DNA from: an uncultured Pseudomonadales bacterium
GTDB lineage: Bacteria > Patescibacteriota > Microgenomatia > UBA1400 > MFAQ01
DNA: 64,000 nt
Direction of reading: 5' to 3'
Assembly (NCBI GenBank): GCA_964564895.1
Contig: CAZMCB010000001.1
Location: 19,689 to 83,688 of the forward strand
Shown here: positions 28,925 through 38,928 of the stretch, one piece after another
How the letters are laid out: every line of letters starts with the position of its first letter
How positions within the stretch are numbered: the stretch's first letter is position 1
Notes under the pieces: generated by a model
What the model saw: only the letters and a program-made list of their open reading frames with translations
Told to the model about the DNA's origin: nothing
Database searches by the model: none
Program-made: the position numbers and the translations under genes

Positions 28925-29927
28925 CTTTGCGATAGACATCTAGCGTGGCTTTGGCTGTTTTGGACCATGTGAACGTATCGGCTTTGGCCTTGGCTATTTC
29001 GATTTGATTTTGTTTTTCTTTGGGGGTGAGTGAGAGAGCTTTTTTGATAGCTTTTTCCATAGACAGTAGCTTTCTAGGATTGAAAGTGATGGCTCCTTCG
29101 TGATAGATCTCAGGGAGACTGCTGGTACTGGAGCTTGCGACCAAGCAACCTGCAGTCATGGCTTCAAGAAGTGGTAAACCAAAACCTTCATAAAGTGATG
29201 GTTGGACATAAAGAGTGCTTAATCTGTAGAGAGCACTGAGATCTTCATTTGATACAAAGCCTGGCAGTATTAGATGCTTGTAGACCTTGAGGCGAACCAT
29301 ATCGATAAGCTCGGGGTGAACTGGTTCTTTGATTTCTTGGAGCATTCCTTTGCCTACAATCACGAGAGGAATATCTAGCCTATCTGTGACTTCGGCGAGG
29401 GAGGGAAGATTTTTATTAGGATTTGGGCCGCCAGCAACGGTGAGAATGAATTTGTTGGGGAGATTGAGTCTTTTTTTGACCTCTTTTAATTTTTCTTCGG
29501 AGATGTCTTTTTTATAAATCTGGTCGATGGCGAGTGGGGTGACAAAAATCTTTTCCGAGGGGACTCTGAAGATTTTTTCGATATCGTTTTTGGAGCTAAC
29601 TGAGTCGGTGATGATGGCAGAAACTGACTGGAGTGAGAGCCATTGTCTGGCTAGGTTTATCGTACCCTTGATGCCTTTGGGGTAGCGACTGGATAGAACT
29701 AGAGGAGTGAGATCGTGGATGGTAACAATGGTGGGCTTTTCTTTTTTGAGCGGAAGAGTGGCGTAGAAAAGATCGAAGAAAGGATAGTGAATGATATCGG
29801 GATTTTTGTCTGTAAGAGTCACATCTGACAATTTCTCAAGTGCCTTGGCTAGATTGTCGGCATAGAAGCCAACTCCCCTACCTTTAGAGTGATCACCGCT
29901 GTTTAGAAAAACTTTGATTTTATTCAT
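28902..29927 (-). CDS. GT4 family glycosyltransferase
   Basis: YEGFGLPLLEAMTAGCLVASSSTSSLPE is an EX7E motif. Its 3' end overlaps the convergent antitoxin gene by 23 nt. Confidence 0.8.
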   Translation of the reverse strand: MNKIKVFLNSGDHSKGRGVGFYADNLAKALEKLSDVTLTDKNPDIIHYPFFDLFYATLPLKKEKPTIVTIHDLTPLVLSSRYPKGIKGTINLARQWLSLQSVSAIITDSVSSKNDIEKIFRVPSEKIFVTPLAIDQIYKKDISEEKLKEVKKRLNLPNKFILTVAGGPNPNKNLPSLAEVTDRLDIPLVIVGKGMLQEIKEPVHPELIDMVRLKVYKHLILPGFVSNEDLSALYRLSTLYVQPSLYEGFGLPLLEAMTAGCLVASSSTSSLPEIYHEGAITFNPRKLLSMEKAIKKALSLTPKEKQNQIEIAKAKADTFTWSKTAKATLDVYRKVNQATQI

Positions 29928-29965
29928 TAGTTATATGGGAATTATAGTATAAAATTGAGTTTAGA

Positions 29966-31120
29966 TTGAAAAAAGTAATATTGATTTGTTTTTTGATCTT
30001 CGGCGTTTTTCTTAGTGTTTGTTTTGCTGCTTTTTCTTATATTTTTATTGACGAACCTTTGCTTATCATGCTGGGGCAGAGTAAACCAGTGATTTTGGAT
30101 TTGGTTTCCTCACTTCACAAATATGTGTCTCTTGATTTGGCCAATATGATTGGCTTGGCTATCTTAATATTACTTTGTGTAATTGCCTTGATTTTAGTCA
30201 TGTCAAAAAAGGCGGTGAGCATGAGACTGGTCTACTTATCTATCTTTATCCCTGCGATTCTAGTATTTGCCTACCCTATCTTAAGCCGCGATATTTTTAG
30301 CTATATGTATTATGCCAAGATGGTTTTGATACAACATCAAAATCCTTACCTTGTGGCGCCAATGGCGAACTGGGGTGTGGATATGTGGGTTGGATTTCTT
30401 CATAATGTGGAACGAGTTTATGTATACGGACCAGTGGCACTTCTTATAAATCTTGTACCTATGGCTTTGATCGGAGCGGAGCGATTTTTGGTAAATATGT
30501 ATGTACTAAAAGCTGTTAGCTTGGCGTTTTTCTTGTTTGGAGGTTGGTTGTTTTTACGAATTAGTAAAAACCGTAACTTGGTATTGGTGCTGTGGTTACT
30601 CAACCCTTACATAATCAATGAATTTTTGATTAATGGTCACAATGATCTTTTTATGGTTGTTTTCTTTTGGCTGGCAGTATATCTAAAACAAAAGTCAAAA
30701 ACAGTTCTTTCTCTACTGGCTTGGGCTTTGTCTGTGGCTACCAAGTATGTTTCGGGAGTGCTACTACCGGTATTTTTTATGCCAAAAAAACTGCAGAGAC
30801 TGTTTGGACTGATGGCAATTGTAGTAATCGGAGGATATTTTACCTATCACGGATACTTGCCTTGGTACTACTCTTGGATGTACTTCCTCTTGCCTTACCT
30901 CAAGCTTAATAAGATGCAGATTATCTCGCTTCTTTACTTACAGCTTGCCTTAGTACTGACTTACTCTGGATTTTTACAAAACGGACTTTGGGGGACATAC
31001 TCTAGTAGCCAGATAATTGTAGCTATCGTGAGATCAGTCAAAATATTTACACCTTTATTTGTAATCGCTACAGTTTATCCCTTCTTTATGGAAAGACTCA
31101 AACTTCGTCGACCTTCTTAA
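29966..31120 (+). CDS. Polytopic membrane protein, DUF2029/GT87-like putative glycosyltransferase
   Basis: SRDIFSYMYYAKMVLIQHQNPYLVAP resembles the DUF2029 D..Y..A......G.NPY block. About 11 TM helices. Confidence 0.45.
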   Translation: MKKVILICFLIFGVFLSVCFAAFSYIFIDEPLLIMLGQSKPVILDLVSSLHKYVSLDLANMIGLAILILLCVIALILVMSKKAVSMRLVYLSIFIPAILVFAYPILSRDIFSYMYYAKMVLIQHQNPYLVAPMANWGVDMWVGFLHNVERVYVYGPVALLINLVPMALIGAERFLVNMYVLKAVSLAFFLFGGWLFLRISKNRNLVLVLWLLNPYIINEFLINGHNDLFMVVFFWLAVYLKQKSKTVLSLLAWALSVATKYVSGVLLPVFFMPKKLQRLFGLMAIVVIGGYFTYHGYLPWYYSWMYFLLPYLKLNKMQIISLLYLQLALVLTYSGFLQNGLWGTYSSSQIIVAIVRSVKIFTPLFVIATVYPFFMERLKLRRPS

Positions 31121-31970
31121 GTTCCCAGAGCTTCATGTAAGAGAAAGCGTGATGAAGACCAGAGTAAAGTGAGAAAACAAAGCCTGGGAATCCATCCAAG
31201 AAACCACGATGGCGGAAATAGAGAGTGATGAAGGTGCCTGCTGGTTTGAAAAATAGAAAACTAATGGTGTTTAACAAATTAACTTTGAGTCCTTGCTCGT
31301 TGTAGAATCTGGCCTGCAGACTAGAGTAGCGATTTTCTCTAAGTAAGTATCTGCTGAAGTCTGGGGTGGCGTAGTGATCGAGATCTGTTTTGAGCCAGCC
31401 TACCACTCCATCTACTTTCATCTGCTCATGAACATCTTTGGCTGGAAGAGTGGCTTTGCCTTTTTGAAAAAGCCTAATGACTGGGTCTGGGTACTGTCCT
31501 GTGTTTTTGAGGTATCGGGTGAGAAAAAAGTTTTTTCTGGGAAGCCAGTAAGCCGAGGCTGGTTTTTCAAGTTTCTTGGGTTCTGGGAAAATCTTGACTA
31601 TTTTGTTTACTTTTCTTCTAAGGGGACTGATCCAATTGTCGTAGCCTGTGTACTCTCCTTTTAAGAGACTGATTATTTCATTTTTCATCTGCTTAGTAAT
31701 TCTTTCGTCGGCGTCTAGCTGGAGAATCCAGTCTGATTTGGCTTTGGCGATGGCTTTGTTTTTGGTGATGTGGAAAATTTGCTCGTGGGGCTCACTGAAC
31801 ACCTTTGCTCCTAAACCCTCGGCTAACCCTTTGGTTTTGTCGGTACTTTGCTCGTCTACTATGATGATTTCGTCTACCCAGCCTTTGACGGATTTGAGAC
31901 AGTCAACAATGTTTGACTCTTCGTTGAAAGTGGCTAAAACAACTGAGATGGTTTGAGTTTTATTTTTCAT
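31098..31970 (-). CDS. GT2 family glycosyltransferase
   Basis: ISVVLATFNEESNIVDCLKSV...IIIVDEQSTDKT and LDADE are GT-A motifs. Confidence 0.75.
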   Translation of the reverse strand: MKNKTQTISVVLATFNEESNIVDCLKSVKGWVDEIIIVDEQSTDKTKGLAEGLGAKVFSEPHEQIFHITKNKAIAKAKSDWILQLDADERITKQMKNEIISLLKGEYTGYDNWISPLRRKVNKIVKIFPEPKKLEKPASAYWLPRKNFFLTRYLKNTGQYPDPVIRLFQKGKATLPAKDVHEQMKVDGVVGWLKTDLDHYATPDFSRYLLRENRYSSLQARFYNEQGLKVNLLNTISFLFFKPAGTFITLYFRHRGFLDGFPGFVFSLYSGLHHAFSYMKLWELKKVDEV

Positions 31971-33598
31971 TTGGTTGAGGAAAACTTGAACATAATATCT
32001 CCTGAAGGTGATTTTATCGTGTTTATTAGTTTTGTATCATCGACTTTTTCTTCGGCAGAGATGAGAAGAGCATTTGGAATTTTCATATCTTCCTCGTAGT
32101 TTATGGCTCTGAATTCATATTTACCCAACTTTCTGCCTGTAGAAAAACCGTATTTATCTGGATCGGAATATTTGATGTCTTCTTGAAGCCTTTCTGGAGA
32201 ATATTTAGTGAAAAAGGCAATTAGGATGTATGGCTGATCATAACGATCGGAGATAATTATTTTGTCGTACTTATCGTAGTTCTCTTTTGTGTATTCGGCA
32301 ATTTGATCGAAGCCATATTGCCAAGCAAAAGGAAGCCTCTCTGGATACTCAACATAGTACATATTGAGGTAGCGGGTGAAGTTGTATGAACAAATAGCGA
32401 CAACAAGAACAGTAACAAGGATAAATAGTTTGGGAAGATTCTTTTTTATAAATTTGAAAAATTCAAACAAACCTACTGCTGTAATTATGCTTAGTGGAAT
32501 CGCCATGTTTTGGGCTCTTAGGGCGTGAGGAGACTGATAAGTAATGGAGGCGGCAAGAGGAGCAATCAAGAGCCAATAAAGTAAAACAAATTTACCTTTT
32601 GAATCAAACCTTAGAATATTTAAGATTCCAAGAAAGAAAAATGGTAATAGAGAAAGAAGCGATTGACCCATCTCGGGAACTTTGCTTCTGGCTATTGCAT
32701 CACCATTGGTGAAGAGAAAATCCGGAGAAAAATGACTCAGATAATTGTGAGTAAAGCGCATGCCATAAGTGAAGTATTTGTTATGGAATATATTTGTCCA
32801 ACCTCCTGCACCTTTGTGTTCATTTCGGAAATTTTCAGCTTCCCATACTGGGCCATTATCAGAGAAGATAGATACACCTGAGAATCGAGACTGACCCGCA
32901 GTTGAAAACATTTGAAACACAATAGGAAGTGCAAGAACAATAGATAATACAAGAGCAGAAAGAGTAATTTTGAGATTTGTTTTTGAAAAAAGCCTCTTTA
33001 CTTTATCAAAGTAGATGATGGCAAAGACAATAAAAAGAACTGGGGAGATAATTCTGGCTGAGTGATAAGTGTACAGAGATAGAACTGTGGAAATTCCAAA
33101 GACAAAAAGATATTTTGGTTTTTCAAATGATTTGAGAAAGAAAATGGTGGATAAGAGAATGAAGAAAGTGGCGACATTTACTTCCCAACCTCCTCGAGAA
33201 AACTGTAGATGCCAAGGAGAAGTGGCGAGGACAAGGGCTGCAATCTCTGGTAAATATTTTCTTTCAGAAAATAAACGTTTGGTGAGTAAAAATATTAAGA
33301 AAACACTAGCAATGCCAAGAAGAGCACTGGGGAGACGAACTGACCAGACAGAAAGACCCATCACTTTGACAAAGGGAAGGACGATATAAAAATATAGTGG
33401 TGGTTTGTAATCATCAAATGATCTAAAGACCAAAGGCCAAGCGACTCCATGCTCGTCTTTGCCTGTTTCAATTAAAGACCAAGCGTTGTAACCTATGGCT
33501 GCTTCGTCGGCATTGAGACCAGCTGGATGAATGTCAAGAAATGCAAGACGCAAAATGGCGGCGAGAATTAGAATGGCAATAATTAGTTTATTTTTCAT
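31967..33598 (-). CDS. ArnT/PMT-family GT-C glycosyltransferase (paralog 1 of 3)
   Basis: GLNADEAAIGYNAWSLIETGKDEHG...PLVFRSFDDYKPPLYFY matches the ArnT/PMT first-loop signature. 543 aa, polytopic with a C-terminal domain. Confidence 0.7.
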   Translation of the reverse strand: MKNKLIIAILILAAILRLAFLDIHPAGLNADEAAIGYNAWSLIETGKDEHGVAWPLVFRSFDDYKPPLYFYIVLPFVKVMGLSVWSVRLPSALLGIASVFLIFLLTKRLFSERKYLPEIAALVLATSPWHLQFSRGGWEVNVATFFILLSTIFFLKSFEKPKYLFVFGISTVLSLYTYHSARIISPVLFIVFAIIYFDKVKRLFSKTNLKITLSALVLSIVLALPIVFQMFSTAGQSRFSGVSIFSDNGPVWEAENFRNEHKGAGGWTNIFHNKYFTYGMRFTHNYLSHFSPDFLFTNGDAIARSKVPEMGQSLLSLLPFFFLGILNILRFDSKGKFVLLYWLLIAPLAASITYQSPHALRAQNMAIPLSIITAVGLFEFFKFIKKNLPKLFILVTVLVVAICSYNFTRYLNMYYVEYPERLPFAWQYGFDQIAEYTKENYDKYDKIIISDRYDQPYILIAFFTKYSPERLQEDIKYSDPDKYGFSTGRKLGKYEFRAINYEEDMKIPNALLISAEEKVDDTKLINTIKSPSGDIMFKFSSTK

Positions 33599-35198
33599 CT
33601 GTTTTGGTTTTTACTATTCTGTAGGCAACGAACCCGTCGGGGAATTTAATTTCTTCAAATCTTTCTATGGCAGGATTATTTTTGTCGAACTCGTTTTTTA
33701 TGTTTCCGATGGTGCCAATAAAAGTAGTATTTTGCTGGTTAGATATTTCGCTGTCACTAAACTGATGAAACTCGATATTATCTAGCTTGGCAACATGCCC
33801 GACGTCAAAGCCCCCACTAATAAAGGAGTTTTGTCTTTGATAGGAGGCGGGATCGTAACGAGAATAAAAAAGGTAGAAAATGTATGGCTGACCATTAACG
33901 TCGGTCATAACTACAATATTTGATTTGTGATCATTGATAAAGCGAACCGCCTCCTTGTAGCCGAACTGGAACTCATGGGCATAAGTATAGTTTGCATGAA
34001 CTAAGAGCAAGTCCACCATATATATAGTAGTGACTAAGGTGAGGAGAGAAATAAGAATAAATAGTGACTTTAATTTAGTAAAGGCGAAAAAGAGTCCTGA
34101 ACCGATGATAATTGATAAGGGAATAACCATAAATAAAGTTCTTACTGTGGAGTACTCCGAAAGAGTGAGGGCTCCAGGGATCGGAGAGAGTAATAAAAGC
34201 CCGATGATAAGAACACTGATTCTTTTGTTGGCGAATCTCATAAGGAATACAAGGCCCAGAACTAGAGCAATAAAATCAAATGGTTGAAGAACTCCAAGAT
34301 TTGGAAAATGTCCCCTCTCATTGACTGTCATACCTTCGTAGAATAGAAGTTTAGGAGACAAGTGATTTAGGTAACGACCAGCAATAAGACGAGTCATTAA
34401 CTGAGGTTTGTTTTCTATGATGCTCGTTGATATTTCTGGTTCGTAGGAGAAAATACTAAGTCGTTTTAACCTGTTCCCCGCATCACCAAAAGACGAGGAA
34501 ATAAAAATTGAAAGTACAGCTGCCACTGCAATAACTGTAATAGTGATATTAATTGGTTTTTTGAAGTACTGCCCTAGCTTGCTGAAGAAACTTTCTCGAA
34601 ATACGATAATGATGAAAAGAATCAGAAGAGGGGTGAGCATCTTGGCTGCTTGGTAAGTGATGAGGGTTAGAACCGCCAAAATTATTGAGTAATTTAGGAA
34701 TTTTCCGGACTTTATATATCGAACTAAAAAGTAAATTGAAAAAAGGAGCATGGTGGTAAAAACATTGGATTCCCAAGCACCTCGGGACAGATGAATATGA
34801 AGTGGCATGATGGCAAGGGCGAGGGCTGCGAACTGAGCTAAAAGAGATTTCTTCTTCTCATCTTCAAACAGCTCTCTTGTTAAAAGAAAAACACCAAAGA
34901 TAGCTAGTATTCCAAATAGGACACTTGGTAGACGAACAGCAAATTCGGAAAGACCAAAAATGGCAATAGAGGGAATAGCTAAATAAACATATAACCCTGG
35001 CTTGTAATCGCCGAAGCTTTTGAAAACAATGGGCAGAAACTTACCAAACTCGTCTTTGCCGGTTTTGAGAACTGAGAAGGCATTGTAACCTAGGGCGGCC
35101 TCATCCCAAGTGAGTGCATTGGGAATTGATCCAACCTCGTAAAGTCTAAGGAAGGCTCCAAGAACTAGGGCAAGAATAAGGATGATGTACTTTTTCAT
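33588..35198 (-). CDS. ArnT/PMT-family GT-C glycosyltransferase (paralog 2 of 3)
   Basis: LTWDEAALGYNAFSVLKTGKDEFGKFLPIVFKSFGDYKPGLYVY is the same motif block as its neighbours. Confidence 0.7.
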   Translation of the reverse strand: MKKYIILILALVLGAFLRLYEVGSIPNALTWDEAALGYNAFSVLKTGKDEFGKFLPIVFKSFGDYKPGLYVYLAIPSIAIFGLSEFAVRLPSVLFGILAIFGVFLLTRELFEDEKKKSLLAQFAALALAIMPLHIHLSRGAWESNVFTTMLLFSIYFLVRYIKSGKFLNYSIILAVLTLITYQAAKMLTPLLILFIIIVFRESFFSKLGQYFKKPINITITVIAVAAVLSIFISSSFGDAGNRLKRLSIFSYEPEISTSIIENKPQLMTRLIAGRYLNHLSPKLLFYEGMTVNERGHFPNLGVLQPFDFIALVLGLVFLMRFANKRISVLIIGLLLLSPIPGALTLSEYSTVRTLFMVIPLSIIIGSGLFFAFTKLKSLFILISLLTLVTTIYMVDLLLVHANYTYAHEFQFGYKEAVRFINDHKSNIVVMTDVNGQPYIFYLFYSRYDPASYQRQNSFISGGFDVGHVAKLDNIEFHQFSDSEISNQQNTTFIGTIGNIKNEFDKNNPAIERFEEIKFPDGFVAYRIVKTKTDEK

Positions 35199-36868
35199 GG
35201 TAACGATACAATTATAAAGGCTGGAGTACCATCAAGAAAATTAATCGTTTTTAGAATTTCTGCGTTTTCCGGGACGTGTTTTGGTGCGGTGATGAGAAGA
35301 CTATTTTGGGTACTGACTACTTCTTTGCTTTCGAGAGTGAGACTGTCAATTGATGAATCCGGAATATCTTTCTCGTTTACAAAATAATACTTTCCAATTC
35401 TATCCACCCAGTACCACTCAGATTGATAAAACCTAGTGGTAATATTTTTGTCTTGAAGGACCTCAGGACTTATCCTATTTGAAAATAAGTAAAAGATGTG
35501 TGGCTCACCGTATTTTTTGGTGATGAAAATTTTATCGTAGCTATCTTCGTTTTCTTTGGCGAAATTAATGGCTTCTTGTGTGCCGAATTGCCAAGATTCT
35601 GAGTATTTAATTGGATACTCGAAAAAATATTTATTAAGGTAAGTACCAAAGCAAACTAAGGTGAGTAAAACCAAGACACTTGAAGCAGTTTTTGATTTTT
35701 GCGAAATTTTCCAGAGTGCTAGGGTCGAAATGATTACGATTACGGGAATCATAATAATAGGACGGATTGCTTGGGGCGGATCTGCAGTAAGAGACGCGGC
35801 AAGCGGAGAAAAAATTAACCAAGCAAGAAGAAATTGTGATGTTTTTTCTTTCCTGAGATTAATAAGAATCAGCAGTGTTCCAAAATACAAAAGCAACATA
35901 ATAGGAAGTGTGATCATGTTTGTGTTAGGAATGGCAAACTGCCATTGGGGACCATCGCTTTGAGTAAAGAAGGGAGGTAAAAGGTAGCTAAAGTAGTTGG
36001 CGGCTAGAGCGGAAACAAAATAGACAGGTCTGTTGTGAACAAGCGTGGGTAATGGAGCCGGAAGAGTACTTTCTGTTCGTTTTTGACCAATTTGGAAAAC
36101 AGCGTTTTCGGACAAAATCTTGACTTGGTCGTACCTTGCGGTACCTTCTCCTCCGATGGTTTGGAAAACAACTAAAAACACAAAAAGAGAAAATATGATC
36201 GTAGAAACTATTGAAATGAGATTTATTTTTGGTTTTATTTTGAAAATTATGATTGCGGCTAAGAGCATAGGAAGAACAAACACTCTGGCAGAGTTGTATG
36301 TATGCATCGATAGACCAAGAAGAAGAGCTGAAATAATGAGAGAGACCGGGTTTTGTTTTGATCTTAATAAAAAGTAAAAACCATAAATTATTAGTGTGAG
36401 AGCTAGATTGGCTTCAAATGCTGGCCGTGACATGAAAAAATGCCAAGGAAGAATGGACAACAAAAAGGACGAGAGTAAGGCTAGGCTTATCTGCGTTCCA
36501 AAGAGAGTGATTTTCTTGTCTGGGAAAAGTTCTTTTACCAGTAGATATATTCCATACAAAGCAAAAAGACCGGCAATCATAGAAACAAAACGAACTGCAA
36601 AAGCGTTGAGACCAAAGATAGCGATTGGAAGAATTGATGAGTAGATATATACAGGAAGTTTGTAATCTCCAAATGCCCTGAAAATTAGAGGAAAACTTTT
36701 GCCCCATTCGTCTTTGCCTGTAGTGAGAATAGAGTAAGCATTGTATCCATGGCTGACTTCATCCCAGTTTAGACTGGGAGGATTTCCAGTAAAGTTAACT
36801 AGCCTTACTACAATAGAAGCTATAAAAACTAGAGCGAAAACAATTTTAACTATGTGTTTCTTGAACAT
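35195..36868 (-). CDS. ArnT/PMT-family GT-C glycosyltransferase (paralog 3 of 3)
   Basis: LNWDEVSHGYNAYSILTTGKDEWGKSFPLIFRAFGDYKLPVYIY is the same motif block. Confidence 0.7.
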   Translation of the reverse strand: MFKKHIVKIVFALVFIASIVVRLVNFTGNPPSLNWDEVSHGYNAYSILTTGKDEWGKSFPLIFRAFGDYKLPVYIYSSILPIAIFGLNAFAVRFVSMIAGLFALYGIYLLVKELFPDKKITLFGTQISLALLSSFLLSILPWHFFMSRPAFEANLALTLIIYGFYFLLRSKQNPVSLIISALLLGLSMHTYNSARVFVLPMLLAAIIIFKIKPKINLISIVSTIIFSLFVFLVVFQTIGGEGTARYDQVKILSENAVFQIGQKRTESTLPAPLPTLVHNRPVYFVSALAANYFSYLLPPFFTQSDGPQWQFAIPNTNMITLPIMLLLYFGTLLILINLRKEKTSQFLLAWLIFSPLAASLTADPPQAIRPIIMIPVIVIISTLALWKISQKSKTASSVLVLLTLVCFGTYLNKYFFEYPIKYSESWQFGTQEAINFAKENEDSYDKIFITKKYGEPHIFYLFSNRISPEVLQDKNITTRFYQSEWYWVDRIGKYYFVNEKDIPDSSIDSLTLESKEVVSTQNSLLITAPKHVPENAEILKTINFLDGTPAFIIVSLP

Positions 36869-38119
36869 TTATTGTATTATTTTGCCTCTATTCTTGGAAG
36901 AGAGTAGGTCATAAATTAGATAAATACTGGTAGCGGCAAAGAGACTTCTGATGGCACTCTTGAAGAAAAAAATATTTGTTTTGGCTGCGATCAGTTTATC
37001 AATGCCTTGGAATTTGTTTAGTTCTTGATTGAGTACCGCAAACATTCCAACTGATAATGAGTTATCAAATGTAAGAATAATAATTAGATAACAGCCAAGA
37101 AGAGTTAGATCTAGCCATAGATTTCTCCAGTTGTTGGAAATCAGCTCAATGATGATAAAAGGAGAAACCCAGAGGAACCATTGAGGATGAAAATGAGTAA
37201 CTGAAAAAAGTATTAGGAAATATCCGAGATAATATTTCCAAAGTTTTTGAATTAAATTTTTGTTTCTTAGAGCATGAAAAACTAACAGAACAAAGCCGAG
37301 GATATACGGGTAAAGCCCTTCACCCCCCGAGACCATCCATTGCATATAAAACATTTTTTGGGACTGAGGGCTAAAGACCATATTCCTGAACGCGGGAGAG
37401 GTAATGTAGGGTGCAATAGTGATAATGTATGGAACTAGGCCGAAAAATAGTATTTTTGCTCTATTCCAAAATCCTTTGGCGGCTAGAACTACAAAGGGTA
37501 ATAAGAAAATTGGATATTGTTTGTAGGCAGTACCTATACCAATCATTACAGCCGCCCAACCAAGCTTGTTTTTCTTGGCAAACACCAGCGAAAGAACAGT
37601 AAATATTGCAGGGATAATATCAAAGACCCCCATGGAGAAAGTGGCATAGAAAGTGACTGGATTGAAAAGCCAGAGGAGAAAAGCCCATTTCTTTTGTTTT
37701 TCTTTGTCAAATAGTGAGGCAAGTACAAAAGCCATGGCAATATCGATAAAGAGATATGGAAGCTTGAGAACAATAAGATACAGCGATAGATTTGGTTGAA
37801 AAATAGAACCACCATTCATGAGATCTGTAAAAAAGCTCTCGGGAATTATGGCACTAGCTCCCTTAAGAAAAGTCCCTAAAGTGAAATATGTAAGAGGAGG
37901 ATATATAAAAATATCTTCGACCTTAAAGTGCTGTACAAGTGGATGATCGGAGGGGAGATTGGCTAGATGATCATAAATGTTGGTAACATTTTTGAATCCG
38001 AAAAAATAACTAGACAGAGACTGACCAACAATATCGGCCTGAAAAGTAGATCCAGCGATAAACAAGCGCATGGCGACTGCAAGAATCAATAATAAAATTA
38101 ACTTTTTTGAAAGCTTCAT
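36869..38119 (-). CDS. Polytopic membrane protein, DUF2029/GT87-like
   Basis: 416 aa with about 11 TM helices. It directly abuts the upstream ArnT paralog with no spacer. Confidence 0.45.
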   Translation of the reverse strand: MKLSKKLILLLILAVAMRLFIAGSTFQADIVGQSLSSYFFGFKNVTNIYDHLANLPSDHPLVQHFKVEDIFIYPPLTYFTLGTFLKGASAIIPESFFTDLMNGGSIFQPNLSLYLIVLKLPYLFIDIAMAFVLASLFDKEKQKKWAFLLWLFNPVTFYATFSMGVFDIIPAIFTVLSLVFAKKNKLGWAAVMIGIGTAYKQYPIFLLPFVVLAAKGFWNRAKILFFGLVPYIITIAPYITSPAFRNMVFSPQSQKMFYMQWMVSGGEGLYPYILGFVLLVFHALRNKNLIQKLWKYYLGYFLILFSVTHFHPQWFLWVSPFIIIELISNNWRNLWLDLTLLGCYLIIILTFDNSLSVGMFAVLNQELNKFQGIDKLIAAKTNIFFFKSAIRSLFAATSIYLIYDLLSSKNRGKIIQ

Positions 38120-38928
38120 CTTTTTATTTTTTTAATTAGTTTTTGCCATTTTTGACCGACAAAGAGAACTGCATTTAGGACGCTTGATCCAAACTTGCCA
38201 TGGTAAATCTCGGCTGACTTAGCTAAGGGACTGGAAAGATGTGAGCTAAAACTGCCACTAGCACCATGAGCATGCATAACAACGGCTTTGGGATAGAAGA
38301 AGACTGGAAGATTGAATTTTTTTAGACGGCGACAGTACTCGATATCTTCGTAGTAAAGGAAAAATCGCTCATCAAGACCGCCAACTTGATTAAAGGTGGT
38401 TCGAGGAATAAGAAAGGCAGCCATAACGGCGATGTCGACCTTAGTAGTTTTGTTTCCTGGGTAATATTTGTTGAAACAGCGTTTGCATCCGAAAAAATAA
38501 TGTTTGATAGCGTTACCTATCGTTGGGAACTTGTAGCAGGATGGCTGTATCTTGCCATCATTGTAGAGAAGCTTCGGGGCAACAGCTCCAAGGACAGGAT
38601 GTGCCTCTGCAAATTCAAATAATAATTTGAGAGCGTTGCCTTTTATTCTTGTATCAGGATTAATGACCAAAATATGCTTACCTTTGGAAGCTCTAAACCC
38701 TTTGTTGATGGCTTTGGAAAAGCCAACATTCTCAGTATTGATTAGTACTGTTGGCTTGAGGGAGTGGTTTCTAGCAATCTGCGCCCCTTTATCCATTGGG
38801 TAGTTGTCGACGACAATAATTTCTTTGTTTAGACCATCTTTGGATTTTTTGATGGAGTCAAGGAAGGGACCGATGGTGTCTTCGGAGCGATAGCCTACAG
38901 TAATAATCGAGAGATCAATTTCCTTCAT
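38116..38928 (-). CDS. GT2 family glycosyltransferase
   Basis: LSIITVGYRSEDTIGPFLDSI...IIVVDNYPMD is a GT-A N-terminus. Confidence 0.75.
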   Translation of the reverse strand: MKEIDLSIITVGYRSEDTIGPFLDSIKKSKDGLNKEIIVVDNYPMDKGAQIARNHSLKPTVLINTENVGFSKAINKGFRASKGKHILVINPDTRIKGNALKLLFEFAEAHPVLGAVAPKLLYNDGKIQPSCYKFPTIGNAIKHYFFGCKRCFNKYYPGNKTTKVDIAVMAAFLIPRTTFNQVGGLDERFFLYYEDIEYCRRLKKFNLPVFFYPKAVVMHAHGASGSFSSHLSSPLAKSAEIYHGKFGSSVLNAVLFVGQKWQKLIKKIKR

